Source: an uncultured Clostridia bacterium (lineage in GTDB: Bacteria; Bacillota; Clostridia; Oscillospirales; UBA644). From it: a stretch of 64,000 nt of DNA. Within the stretch, counting starts at the first letter, position 1. Every line of letters starts with the position of its first letter. The stretch covers positions 5,622-69,621 of the forward strand of contig CAOJUB010000008.1 in assembly GCA_948443805.1 (NCBI GenBank), written 5' to 3'. Shown one piece after another: positions 30,680 through 40,392 of the stretch. Both the position numbers and the translations under genes were made by a program. The notes under the pieces were generated by a model. It had not been told where the DNA came from. It ran no database searches and saw nothing but the letters and a program-made list of their open reading frames with translations.

Positions 30680-31693
30680 TCAATATTCTTCCAGAATATC
30701 ATTGATATATGCAATCAAATGATTGCAGCCGGCGATAATTCTTGAATAATCCATACGGGTCGGGCCCATCACGCCAAGCATGACCGGCAGCGTTCCTCCC
30801 GGAACAATTTCTATCATGCTGGCATAAGGACTGTCAAAAACCAAATTTTCCCGTCCGATTTTAATGGTAATATTTCCCTGATAAAAATCTTTCCGCAGCG
30901 CTTCAACAATTTGCTCATGCCGGTCTAAAATACCGATATACGCCCGCGCTGTTTCGATATTGGCGAACTCCGGATACGAAAGAAGATTCGTACTTCCGCC
31001 GATATGAAGCGTATAGGTTTTCAAATCTCCGGCCAGCTTTCTGGCGCCGGCGCAAATGTCCTTCAAATGCGGCAGCCTGGCAGCCACTTCATGTTCCAGA
31101 AGCAGCAAACGGACATCGCCGATTTTTTCCGCCGAAAACCCGGAAAGAACCCGGTTGAAAATTTTTGTCAGAACCTCGCATTCCTCCGGCAGAGGCCTTT
31201 TCTGCATCTTGCAGAAGCAGGTATGAACCGTACGGTCGGAAGCCACGGCCAGAATCACGGCATTTTCGCCGACCGGCATAATTTCGAAGGCAAAACAGCC
31301 GTCTCTGCCGACAGGAGAAAGCGCAAACACCGTACACCCTGAAAATTCCGCCAGCGACTGAACCATTCGGTTAAACATTCCGTCGTGATCCCGGAAATCC
31401 AGATCCGGCAGCGAAAGCATCTGTTTTTCTTCCCGGTTCAACCGGTAATCCGAAAGCGCCGTTGCAATATAAAACCGGTATCCTTCATCGGAAGGAATCC
31501 GGCCCGCCGAAGTATGCGGCTTCCGCAGATACCCAAGCCGTTCCAGCTCGTTCATTTCATTGCGGACAGTCGCCGAAGAAACCGTCAGCCCCTCCCGCTC
31601 GATTAACGCTTTGGAACCAATCGGCGCCCCCGTTTCGATATACGCTTTGATTACGGCGCAGAGAATATCCTGTTTTCTTTTATCCAACTCCAT
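30680..31693 (-). CDS. hrcA: Heat-inducible transcription repressor HrcA
   Basis: PIGSKAL, SSATVRNEM, PHTSAGRIPS, GPTRMDY. An alternative GTG start lies at 31705. Confidence 0.95.
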   Translation of the reverse strand: MELDKRKQDILCAVIKAYIETGAPIGSKALIEREGLTVSSATVRNEMNELERLGYLRKPHTSAGRIPSDEGYRFYIATALSDYRLNREEKQMLSLPDLDFRDHDGMFNRMVQSLAEFSGCTVFALSPVGRDGCFAFEIMPVGENAVILAVASDRTVHTCFCKMQKRPLPEECEVLTKIFNRVLSGFSAEKIGDVRLLLLEHEVAARLPHLKDICAGARKLAGDLKTYTLHIGGSTNLLSYPEFANIETARAYIGILDRHEQIVEALRKDFYQGNITIKIGRENLVFDSPYASMIEIVPGGTLPVMLGVMGPTRMDYSRIIAGCNHLIAYINDILEEY

Positions 31694-31712
31694 GATATTT
31701 TTCACCCCGCCT

Positions 31713-31739
31713 TTAGCACTCTTTAACCAGGAGTGCTAA
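31713..31739. promoter_or_regulatory. CIRCE operator
   Basis: Exact TTAGCACTC-N9-GAGTGCTAA between the promoter (TTGACA-17-TAGCAT, 31778-31750) and hrcA. Confidence 0.97.
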
Positions 31740-31898
31740 AACTATTCCTATGCTACCACTTTTTTCCCGGTTTGTCAATAGGCTCTAAGGAAAAGTAATA
31801 AAAATTTTACTTTTCTTAAAAAAGCTTCTGCCTGCACCCATCGGAGAAAAAAAGCATAAAATAGAATAGCAGAACTATCAACAGAATGGAGAATCCCT

Positions 31899-31967
31899 AT
31901 GAAAATTGTTATTGTAAAAGCGCCCGGTTTTCTCCGGGGAATCCTGAAAGCGATCTTTAAAGTATAA
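31899..31967 (+). CDS. spoVM: SpoVM-like small amphipathic sporulation protein (22 aa)
   Basis: MKIVIVKAPGFLRGILKAIFKV, with the conserved Pro, GGAG RBS and own terminator. Below the ORF-track size cutoff. Confidence 0.8.
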   Translation: MKIVIVKAPGFLRGILKAIFKV

Positions 31968-32003
31968 AAAGAACGCGTCCCGCTTCGGGGCGCGTTCTTT
32001 TTC
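31968..32003. terminator. Terminator between spoVM and spoIIR
   Basis: AAAAAGAACGCG...CGCGTTCTTTTT hairpin. Confidence 0.75.
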
Positions 32004-32036
32004 ATCAAAGCAATTTTTCCTGAACAGGATGCTTTC

Positions 32037-32765
32037 TTATTTCTCTTTTCCGAACAGATCCCGGAAAACCTTCACCAGCCAAAAATCGAACTTCACTTCT
32101 TTGGGCGCCGGGGTCTCGGCAAGCCGATACGATTCCGGAACAGCGTTCTGATCTACTCTAACGGAAGGCGCGGCCGAAGCCGCAACGCTTTCTTCTTCAA
32201 ACGGATCGCCGGGCGAAGCCGAAGAAACCGTTTCTCCGGTTTTCTCTTCCTCCTGCGGTTGCCCGCTGCTTCCGCTCAGGCAAACCGCGGGAAAAATAAC
32301 GCACCACCAATTGTGCCCCTCGCCGCTGCCGACATTGACGATCAGGCTGTCGTAAACATCGGCCGGAAGATAAAACCCGTCGTATTCCCGGTATTCAAAA
32401 TATTCCTCTTTGAGAGACGCGCTGACCGGATAGGAAAATCCGTTTTCTGTAACAACGCTGTCCGCTGCCGATTCAATCCCGGAGAGGTTGTCCCGAACCA
32501 ATGTCATTGCTTCCTCTTTGTCGGTTACGCCGCTGAGCAAACGCGTCGTATAGTCAAGAATCCCGTCCCGGACTTTCAGTTTCAGAGCCTGATCGCTTTC
32601 CGAATCACTGTTGGCACGGACATGAAGACGGATAAACTGTTTATTTTCACTGTGTGTCGGCACAGGATCCGGTTCCGGCGCTGCAGGCGCGATGGCAACT
32701 ACCATCCGAAGGGCAAAAAAAGCAAGAATATTCAAAACGATAAGCGCAAAAATTGTTTTTTTCAT
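32037..32765 (-). CDS. spoIIR: Stage II sporulation protein R
   Basis: IRLHVRANSDSESDQALKLKVRD, GEGHNWWCVIFPAVC. Confidence 0.93.
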   Translation of the reverse strand: MKKTIFALIVLNILAFFALRMVVAIAPAAPEPDPVPTHSENKQFIRLHVRANSDSESDQALKLKVRDGILDYTTRLLSGVTDKEEAMTLVRDNLSGIESAADSVVTENGFSYPVSASLKEEYFEYREYDGFYLPADVYDSLIVNVGSGEGHNWWCVIFPAVCLSGSSGQPQEEEKTGETVSSASPGDPFEEESVAASAAPSVRVDQNAVPESYRLAETPAPKEVKFDFWLVKVFRDLFGKEK

Positions 32766-33022
32766 AAAAACTCCGTTCCGCCGCCGTATCACGGCAAAAT
32801 AGTATCATTTCCGCTTGCGGTTCTATGTTCATATTCGATATCGTACCAGTATTTTACCCGCAAAGAAAAAATTTTATACGCTTGACGAAACAGGATTTCT
32901 GTGATACAATAATTTTACCAAAAACAGGCTTTGCATTTTTGACAAAAGCATCTCCTATCGGATTTCTATAGAAATAAGAAAAATAAAACGATGACGTTTT
33001 ACAAAAGGAAGACGAGGATTCC

Positions 33023-34012
33023 ATGAAAATTTATTTTGCAACGGTCGGAACCAGCTGGATCACCGAAGAATTTATCGAAACCGCGAAACAGTTCCCTGAA
33101 TTTTATCTTTATGCGGTCTGCTCGCGCGATGCCAAAAAAGCGCAGGCCTTCGCTGAGAAACACGGCGCGGAAACCTGGTTTACCTCACCCGAAGAAGCCG
33201 CCGCCGATCCGAAAATCAACAGCGTTTATATTGCCTCGCCGAATTCCCTGCACTGCCCGCAGGCGCTGCTTTTTCTGAAAGCAAAGAAAAACGTTTTCTG
33301 CGAAAAGCCGCTGGCTTCCAACCGCAAAGAAACTGCGGCCATGATCGCGGCGGCAAAAGAAAACGGCGTGCTGCTGGCCGAGGCTTATAAACCCGCGGCT
33401 ATGCCCGCTTTTGCGGCAATTAAAGAAAACCTTGCCGCACTTGGAAAAATCCGAAACGTCTATTTTGAATTTTCCAAATATTCTTCCCGTTACGACGCGC
33501 ACAAGCGGGGAGAAAACGTCAACACCTTTCAAAACGAATTTTCCAACGGCGCGCTTCTGGACCTCGGGCTCTACAGCCTGATGCCGGCGCTGCATTTTTT
33601 CGGAAAACCGAAACAGATCCGGGCGCTTGCCGAAATTATTCCCGGCGGTGTGGACGGAACGGGAAGCATGATTATGCAGTACGATGGCTTTGTCGTCACC
33701 GTTGCCTTTTCCAAAATTTCGACTTCCTATCTTCCCTGCCAGATTCAGGGCGAAAAAGCAACCATGCTGATCGACAAACTGAATATCCCCGAAAAAATTG
33801 AAATTCTTGCGCCCGGCAAAGAAAAAACGGTTCTTCTGCCGCCCCAGAAAAAGGAAAGCATGCGGGAAGAAATCCGGGATTTTATCGATTGCGTTCTTTC
33901 CGGGAAAAAGGAATCGTCCGTCCATCCGCTTGCCTACTCGCTTGCCGCAGCGGAGATTATGGACGAAGCCAGGAAACAGTTCGGGCTCGTTTACCCAGCC
34001 GACCAGAAGTGA
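33023..34012 (+). CDS. Gfo/Idh/MocA family oxidoreductase
   Basis: VGTSWIT, VYIASPNSLH, FCEKP, GALLDLGLY. Confidence 0.92.
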   Translation: MKIYFATVGTSWITEEFIETAKQFPEFYLYAVCSRDAKKAQAFAEKHGAETWFTSPEEAAADPKINSVYIASPNSLHCPQALLFLKAKKNVFCEKPLASNRKETAAMIAAAKENGVLLAEAYKPAAMPAFAAIKENLAALGKIRNVYFEFSKYSSRYDAHKRGENVNTFQNEFSNGALLDLGLYSLMPALHFFGKPKQIRALAEIIPGGVDGTGSMIMQYDGFVVTVAFSKISTSYLPCQIQGEKATMLIDKLNIPEKIEILAPGKEKTVLLPPQKKESMREEIRDFIDCVLSGKKESSVHPLAYSLAAAEIMDEARKQFGLVYPADQK

Positions 34013-34123
34013 ACCGTTCCTGCCGGTAAAAAAAGAAACTCCGGAAGAAGATCACTTGGTCAGCCGGGTAATTTACATGAAAACCGGCGAAAAATTGTAA
34101 TTGACAAATCAGGAGGTTCCTTT

Positions 34124-34672
34124 ATGAACCATAGCGGCACACAAAGGTTAGAAACGGAGCGACTCATTTTAAGAAGATTCGTGAATGAGGATGCTCTATC
34201 CATGTATCAAAATTGGGCGGCAGACAAGGAAGTTACCAAATACTTAACATGGCCTCCCCACCCGAATCAGGAAGTAAGCCGGAAAGTTGTGGAAGATTGG
34301 GTAAAAGCATATGACAGCAAAAATTATTATCATTGGGCCATCATACCGAAGGAAAAAGGAGAACCCGTCGGAAGCATAACTGTCGTGCATATGAACGAAG
34401 AGATCTCTATGGCACATATCGGCTATTGTATCGGAAAAACTTGGTGGAATAACGGTATCACATCAGAGGCATGTAAAGCCGTTATGGATTTTCTTTTTGA
34501 TATTGTCAATGTAAATCGTATAGAAGCCCGGCATGATCCGCGAAATCCTAACTCAGGCAAAGTTATGAAAAAATGCGGAATGAAATATGAGGGGACTTTA
34601 CGCAGCGCCGATCAAAATAACCAGGGAATATGTGACGCTTGCTATTATGCACTGCTAAAATCGGAACGTTAA
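34124..34672 (+). CDS. GNAT N-acetyltransferase (RimJ/RimL-like), lower GC than neighbours
   Basis: LETERLILRRF, IGYCIGKTWWNNGITSEA, NPNSGKVMKKCGMKYEG. Confidence 0.9.
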   Translation: MNHSGTQRLETERLILRRFVNEDALSMYQNWAADKEVTKYLTWPPHPNQEVSRKVVEDWVKAYDSKNYYHWAIIPKEKGEPVGSITVVHMNEEISMAHIGYCIGKTWWNNGITSEACKAVMDFLFDIVNVNRIEARHDPRNPNSGKVMKKCGMKYEGTLRSADQNNQGICDACYYALLKSER

Positions 34673-34776
34673 ATTCCCATTCTGTAAAAAAACAACTCTT
34701 TGAACTGCACTTTGACGGACATACAAAAAACATTGAGTTGCGACACCGCGATCAAAAAAGAAAACAACGATAAATC

Positions 34777-34810
34777 ATGGGGGCGCTTTCCTTGCGGAAA
34801 GCGCCCCCAT
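34777..34810 (+). repeat. GC-rich palindrome, copy 2
   Basis: Perfect 15-bp stem ATGGGGGCGCTTTCC-TTGC-GGAAAGCGCCCCCAT. Related to 11073-11104. Confidence 0.8.
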
Positions 34811-34850
34811 AACGTTTCTTCAATTTTTATACATAAAATTTCATACTGAA

Positions 34851-35465
34851 TCAGTTTTCGCTCTTTTCGGAAAGGCTTTTCTTCAAATCGCCGAGAAACT
34901 GCCACCCGCAGCGCTCAAGTTCACCGAAAACCCGGTCCATTCCCTTTTCGGAACAAAACCAGTTCTCCCGGGAGATGCCGAAACTGTCGGCCGGAATCAC
35001 CAGGAATTCCGTTTCGGGAAAAGCCAGCTGATAAAAGCAAAGGCTGCGCCGCGCATGAAAGGATTTGCAAACCAAAAGAGCCTTTTTTACAGAAAGGCCA
35101 ATCCGGTCGGTAAGCCGTCGGGAAAAGTCGGCGTTGTCCCGGGTATGGACGGCTTCGTTTTCCCCGGCAATCGCCGAAAGAGGCACACCGTTTTTAACAA
35201 GGACGTCGGTAAAAAAAGAACACTCCGTCTCATAGTTTCCGTTATAAATATCCGCCCGGCAGGAAACGCCGGGAAACCGATCCCGCTTCACGCTGAACTT
35301 TCCCGAAGGAACTAGCAGCGGCGCATATCCTTCCCGGTACAGACGCGCGGCGGTTTCCGGCGGACAGGGGTCTGTGCCACCGGGGAGAAAAATCACATCG
35401 CTTTTTTCCGGCTTGTCCGCAAGAAAAATAAAATCGGTCACCGCTTTTATAATATCATGATTCAT
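34851..35465 (-). CDS. YdcF/DUF218 family protein
   Basis: SDVIFLPGG, HTRDNADFS, LVCKSFHARRS. Confidence 0.85.
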   Translation of the reverse strand: MNHDIIKAVTDFIFLADKPEKSDVIFLPGGTDPCPPETAARLYREGYAPLLVPSGKFSVKRDRFPGVSCRADIYNGNYETECSFFTDVLVKNGVPLSAIAGENEAVHTRDNADFSRRLTDRIGLSVKKALLVCKSFHARRSLCFYQLAFPETEFLVIPADSFGISRENWFCSEKGMDRVFGELERCGWQFLGDLKKSLSEKSEN

Positions 35466-36849
35466 GCCGATTCACGCCTTTCTCCCGATTTTCCTGCCGG
35501 TTTCCCGATTCAACCGTGACAAAACAGGTCTTTACGCCGTAATATTCCAGACAGCAAACCGCCTGTTTATCTAACCGCTCTCCGCAGACGGCAACCGGGA
35601 TCGCCGGCGGACAGGAAAGAACGGCAGAAGCGAGAATCCGCCCTTCAGCTTCCCGAACCGGGATTTCTTCCTGCGCCGAAAAAAGCGCGGTTTTGGGAGA
35701 AACAGCCGGAACAGAAAAACCAAACGCCGGCGGCCTTGCCTGGATCGGCTCTTTTCTTTTCACCTGCAAAAGCGCCGCACAAAGCTTTTCCAATTCTTCT
35801 TTTCCCGTCTGCGCCGAAACCATCATTACCACAAAATCCGGATCAGAAAATTCACAAACAATCTGATTCTCCCATAAAATTTTTGCCAGCTCCGTTCCGG
35901 TATAACCGTACAACTTCGCCGCAATGGTCAACTTCATCGGCTCTTTGCCAATCAGGGTATAGCCGGAACCGGCCAGCACTTTCTTAATTGCAGCCAGTTT
36001 TTCCGAAACGCTCCGAAGCTGCGCCGAATACCCTCCGGCAAGCGTCCGGTTGGCAAGGTCTAACGACTGCAGAATCAAATACGAGGGACTGGTCGATGCA
36101 AAAAGAGCCATCGCCTTTTCGGCCGGCGGCAAAAAAAACGAAGGCGCGCTGCGGGAAATATGCAGATAGGCGCCGCCCGTCAGCACCGGTAATGTTTTGT
36201 GCGCCGAATCGCAGCACAGATCAGCGCCGAGGCCGGCCGGATGCAACGGCTGCGGCAAAAACCGGAGATACGCTCCATGGGCGTTATCAACCAGCAAAAG
36301 CACGCCGTACCGGTGACAGACTGCCGAAAGAGAAGCCATATCCAACAGATTTCCGAGATAATCCGGAGTTGTTACATAAACCGCCGCCGGAAGTTCGCGG
36401 CAAGAGGCAAAGAACCGCTCCAGATACGCCGCGTTAATATCACAGGAAATCAGACCGTCCCGGTTCTCCGGATAAAGCCAGCGAATTTCCACATCCAGAA
36501 GCGCCGAGGCTGTCATAAAAGTCTGATGTGCGTTCCTTCCGGCTGCGATTACCGGTTTCTTGCCGTTTGCTTTGGCATAAAGAACCGTCAGATACAGCAT
36601 GGCGCGGATGCAGAGCGACGAACCTTCAGCCGAATACAGGGTTCTTGCCGTACCGAACAGTTCGGCGGCATTTTCTTCGCTTCGCCGGATGATCCCATCG
36701 GCATGATACAGAACGTCGGCGCCCTCCACCTCCGTAATATCCAGCGGTTCCGGTCCCAGCAGCGCTTTTCCCTTATGACCCGGCATATGCAGCCGGAAAA
36801 ATTGATTTTCCGCATAGCGTTTTACAAAATCGCAAATCGGAGTATCCAT
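35455..36849 (-). CDS. PLP-dependent Orn/Lys/Arg decarboxylase family protein
   Basis: RLHMPGHKG, VDNAHGAY, DSAHKTLP, STSPSY, CPPAIP. Confidence 0.88.
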   Translation of the reverse strand: MDTPICDFVKRYAENQFFRLHMPGHKGKALLGPEPLDITEVEGADVLYHADGIIRRSEENAAELFGTARTLYSAEGSSLCIRAMLYLTVLYAKANGKKPVIAAGRNAHQTFMTASALLDVEIRWLYPENRDGLISCDINAAYLERFFASCRELPAAVYVTTPDYLGNLLDMASLSAVCHRYGVLLLVDNAHGAYLRFLPQPLHPAGLGADLCCDSAHKTLPVLTGGAYLHISRSAPSFFLPPAEKAMALFASTSPSYLILQSLDLANRTLAGGYSAQLRSVSEKLAAIKKVLAGSGYTLIGKEPMKLTIAAKLYGYTGTELAKILWENQIVCEFSDPDFVVMMVSAQTGKEELEKLCAALLQVKRKEPIQARPPAFGFSVPAVSPKTALFSAQEEIPVREAEGRILASAVLSCPPAIPVAVCGERLDKQAVCCLEYYGVKTCFVTVESGNRQENREKGVNRHES

Positions 36850-36873
36850 TGTCCGGCCGCCTTTCTTAAAAAT

Positions 36874-38253
36874 TCAATAATCCTCCGGATCCAGGCGTTT
36901 CGCAGCCTCCAGCATGATCGCGCATTCCATTCGTTTGCGGAACAGCTCGCAGCCTGCTTCATAAACGCCCCGGACCGAGCCCGTTGCATGATAGGCGTTC
37001 GCCGCACAGCCGCCCGAACAGTACAGCCTTGCCCAGCAATCGCGGCATTCCGGTTTGGCATAGACATTGCAGGAAGCAAATTCTTCCCGGACTTCGGGAG
37101 CCGTCACGCCGTCCCAGACATTGCCGAGTTTAAAAGCCTCGTCGCCGACAAACTGGTGGCAGGGATACAAATCTCCCCACGGGGTCACCGCCATATATTC
37201 GGTGCCCGAACCGCAGCCGGAAATCCGCTTATAAATGCAGGGGCCTCCGGAAAGATCAATCATATAATGATAAAAAGTAAACGGCCGCCCCTCCCGGTGA
37301 CGCGCCAGCATGAGTTCCGCCAGTTTTTCATACTGTTCCATCACAACCGGCAGATCGGCCTCGGTCAAAGCAGAGGGGTCTCCCGGCGCACAGACAACCG
37401 GTTCCATGCTCAGTTCGGTAAAGCCGAGGTCAAGCATCTGCTTGATGTCTTCCAGAAAATCGGGATTGGCATGCGTGAACGTTCCGCGCATATAATAATT
37501 TTTATGGCCGCGCGCCTCAACCAGCTTCTGAAATTTAGGGACGATCCTCTCCCAGCTGCCGTTCCCGGCATAATCCACCCGAAAACGGTCGTGAATCTCT
37601 TTGCGGCCGTCCAGGCTGAGGACCACATTGCTCATTTCCCGGTTGGCAAAATCAATCACATCATCGTCGATCAGCATGCCGTTGGTCGTCAGGGTAAACC
37701 GAAAATTCTTTCCGCACTCTTTTTCCCTGGCTCTGGCGTAAGCTACTAATTCTTTGACCACCCCGAAGTTCATCAGCGGTTCTCCGCCGAAAAAATCAAC
37801 CTCTAAATTTCTGCGGCCGGCAGAATTTTCAATTAAAAAATCAAACGCCTGTTTTCCGACCGCAAACGGCATCAGCGCCCGGTCGCCGTGATACTTTCCC
37901 TGGCTGGCAAAGCAGTAAGAACAGTTCAGGTTGCAGGTATGCGCGACATGCAGACAAAGCGCCTTGACGGTGTTTCCGCTCTTCCGCTTCAAAGTATCGG
38001 CCATCGGCTCAAATGTATCGGGCGCAAAGAGCTTCCCTGCCTGCCGGAGCGCTTCAACCTGATCGTAGCATTCGGCAATCTCTTCGGCAGAAACGCCTGC
38101 ATATTTTTCCCGCATTGCCGAAAGAATGTCCGCCCGGTTTCTTTCCTCATAAAGGCCGATGATATCATAAGCGACGTCGTCGACCAGATGAACCGACCCG
38201 GAACAGACGTCCAGAACCAGATTCAGGCCGCCGAGTTTATAACGGTGTATCAT
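36874..38253 (-). CDS. scfB: SCIFF ranthipeptide radical SAM/SPASM maturase
   Basis: CNLNCSYC, DFFGGEP, CIYKRISGCGSG SPASM domain. Directly downstream of the SCIFF precursor. Confidence 0.93.
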   Translation of the reverse strand: MIHRYKLGGLNLVLDVCSGSVHLVDDVAYDIIGLYEERNRADILSAMREKYAGVSAEEIAECYDQVEALRQAGKLFAPDTFEPMADTLKRKSGNTVKALCLHVAHTCNLNCSYCFASQGKYHGDRALMPFAVGKQAFDFLIENSAGRRNLEVDFFGGEPLMNFGVVKELVAYARAREKECGKNFRFTLTTNGMLIDDDVIDFANREMSNVVLSLDGRKEIHDRFRVDYAGNGSWERIVPKFQKLVEARGHKNYYMRGTFTHANPDFLEDIKQMLDLGFTELSMEPVVCAPGDPSALTEADLPVVMEQYEKLAELMLARHREGRPFTFYHYMIDLSGGPCIYKRISGCGSGTEYMAVTPWGDLYPCHQFVGDEAFKLGNVWDGVTAPEVREEFASCNVYAKPECRDCWARLYCSGGCAANAYHATGSVRGVYEAGCELFRKRMECAIMLEAAKRLDPEDY

Positions 38254-38384
38254 ATTTGAATACCCTTTCTGTTTTCCGTCACGGATCAAACCGCCGTCAG
38301 GCAAAAAAACGCGCCGCCCGGCGACCCGATCCGGTTTCTGTCATGAAAAATGTCGCCAAACGGCGACATTCGGAAGAGTTTTTC

Positions 38385-38540
38385 TTATTTGCTCTCTTTT
38401 TCAGCGTTCTCACACTGCTGATTCGCAATGCCGCAGCTGGTCTTGCATGCCGACTGGCAGGAGGTCTGACATTCGCCGCATCCGCCGTTTTTTGCGCTTT
38501 CGCAAAGATTGCGGGTTTCCAGAGTTTTGATATGTTTCAT
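38385..38540 (-). CDS. scfA: SCIFF ranthipeptide precursor (51 aa)
   Basis: MKHIKTLETRNLCESAKNGGCGECQTSCQSACKTSCGIANQQCENAEKESK. Not in the ORF track in this frame. Promoter TTGACT-17-TATAAT upstream. Confidence 0.95.
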   Translation of the reverse strand: MKHIKTLETRNLCESAKNGGCGECQTSCQSACKTSCGIANQQCENAEKESK

Positions 38541-38742
38541 GTTTCTCTCCGTTCCGGCCGCTCAAAAGCGGCGCACTTGATAAATTGATGAAATTACCGG
38601 CCGGCAAAATCTGCCGGATCCGGTCTTTTCTTTATTATAACACGGGGAAAGCCGCAAGTCAATCCGCTTGCAGAAATTTTACATTTTATTTAAATTTCCT
38701 GTCCTGTGCGTCTGCCGGCTTTCCCGGCCTGGAGAACAGCCT

Positions 38743-39519
38743 TTACGACCCCACGGACTGATACCGCCGAAGACCGAACCGGAAAAAAGCGTAGCAGGGA
38801 ATCAAAAACAAAAACCCAATCAGCGGCAAAAAAATCAAGCCGATACGGTCCGACCGACCGGTCAGATAAAGCAACGGATAATACTGAAAGAGCGCAAGCG
38901 GTATCCCGAATGTAAGAAATTTCAAAATCCCCTCTCCGTAGACAGAAAACGGATAACGGCCGAATTCCTTTGCGCCGTCGGTAAAAATATTCATAAACTC
39001 CAAGCCGTCTATGGTAAAAAAGCTGAATGCCGCGTACAGAATAAATAATGCCGAAAAGGTAACAAAGCCGCCGGTCAGCATCAAAAACAGCGCGATAATT
39101 TTATCAAAGGACCATGCAAACCCGCTGGTTAAAACCGCATAGATCAGAATCAGCAGCGCCTGCAAAAACCGCCCCAGCCGGGAGAATTCAATATTTGAAC
39201 AGAGAACCTGAAAAATCACGCTGCGGGGGCGAAGCAAAATCCGGTCGAGATCACCGCTTTTAATCAAGCGGGGAAAGACGTCAAAGCCCCGGGCAAAACA
39301 TTCCGCAGAAGAAAAGGCCATCGAAACCACGGCAAAACACAGCAAGATTTCCGGAAACGTAAACCCGTCGACCTCGCCGAACCGGGAAAACAGGAAAAAA
39401 ATGCTGAAAAACAGACTGAACGACATAAAAAAATGTCCGACGACCATCATCCAAAAAGAAAATTTATACTGCATCTGGCACCGAACCAGCATAGAAAAAT
39501 ACTGTAGATACAGCTTCAT
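38743..39519 (-). CDS. ABC-2 family permease
   Basis: Hydrophobic. GDLDRILLRP, FGRYPFSVY. Third gene of the operon. Confidence 0.85.
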   Translation of the reverse strand: MKLYLQYFSMLVRCQMQYKFSFWMMVVGHFFMSFSLFFSIFFLFSRFGEVDGFTFPEILLCFAVVSMAFSSAECFARGFDVFPRLIKSGDLDRILLRPRSVIFQVLCSNIEFSRLGRFLQALLILIYAVLTSGFAWSFDKIIALFLMLTGGFVTFSALFILYAAFSFFTIDGLEFMNIFTDGAKEFGRYPFSVYGEGILKFLTFGIPLALFQYYPLLYLTGRSDRIGLIFLPLIGFLFLIPCYAFFRFGLRRYQSVGS

Positions 39520-39588
39520 TCCGAATCTTCCCTTCTTTATCTAAAATAAAACGGTGCTTTCTTCCCCGTTCATAAAGGCAGCGCCGGT

Positions 39589-40392
39589 CTATCCGCCCTG
39601 AACCACAACCCGTTTCAGCGTCTTTGCCATCCAAAGCCGCCCGAAAACAAGAAGAACGATCAGCCAAACTGCCTGCATCCCGACTGCACCGGCAAGTTCT
39701 CCGCCCGATAAATTCCCGGAGTAGACCAAAAACGGCGTGCTCTGCATCGAAGCGAAAGGCAGCGCGCGGACAAACGGCTGCAAGGCCTCGGGGAAAAACG
39801 GCAGCGGAATGACAAACCCGGAAAAGAACTCCACGACAGAAACCACCAAAATTCGGACGCCGCTGGTTGAAAGGGTATAAAACGCCGAAATATAGACCAG
39901 CATGGAAAAAGCCACCAGCACGAGAAAGCCAAGCAAAAGAGAAACGACAAACCCCAGAAAGCAGAAAAGATCCGGCGGCGGCAGCAGCCGGAAAGGCTCG
40001 GGCAGAAAAGCGGCGACCAACAGAATCGGCAGACAGCGCAGCGCCGTCCGGGACATGCGAAGCGCCATATTTTTGGTAAACCACATGGCATACAGGTCAG
40101 CCGGACGGCACAGTTCATAAGAAACCCCGCCCGAAAGAATTCCGCTGAAAATATCCTCATCGAAACTCCATGCCATAAACATTCCCAAAGAAGCCTGCTG
40201 CAGCCAGATATAGCAGGAAAGTTCCGGAAACGTCATCGGAAAAGCCGATCCCCCGTTTTGATAAAATGCCCGATACAGCAGCAGCGTCATCGTACCCCAG
40301 AAAAACTGCGTGCAGATTCCCGCCAGCGCCGCCGCCCGGTATTGCAGCCCCGCAATAAAACGGATCCGGAAAAAAGACCAATATTTTCTCAT
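39589..40392 (-). CDS. ABC-2 family permease
   Basis: LQYRAA, SGGVSYELCRP, FFSGFVIPLPFFP. Confidence 0.85.
   Translation of the reverse strand: MRKYWSFFRIRFIAGLQYRAAALAGICTQFFWGTMTLLLYRAFYQNGGSAFPMTFPELSCYIWLQQASLGMFMAWSFDEDIFSGILSGGVSYELCRPADLYAMWFTKNMALRMSRTALRCLPILLVAAFLPEPFRLLPPPDLFCFLGFVVSLLLGFLVLVAFSMLVYISAFYTLSTSGVRILVVSVVEFFSGFVIPLPFFPEALQPFVRALPFASMQSTPFLVYSGNLSGGELAGAVGMQAVWLIVLLVFGRLWMAKTLKRVVVQGG

Noticed and set aside
34695-34725. TGAACTGCAC resembling an IS3-family terminal repeat
   Set aside because: Only about 10 bp, with no partner repeat or transposase.
36199-37749. 516-aa plus-strand ORF
   Set aside because: Shadow of scfB and the decarboxylase gene.
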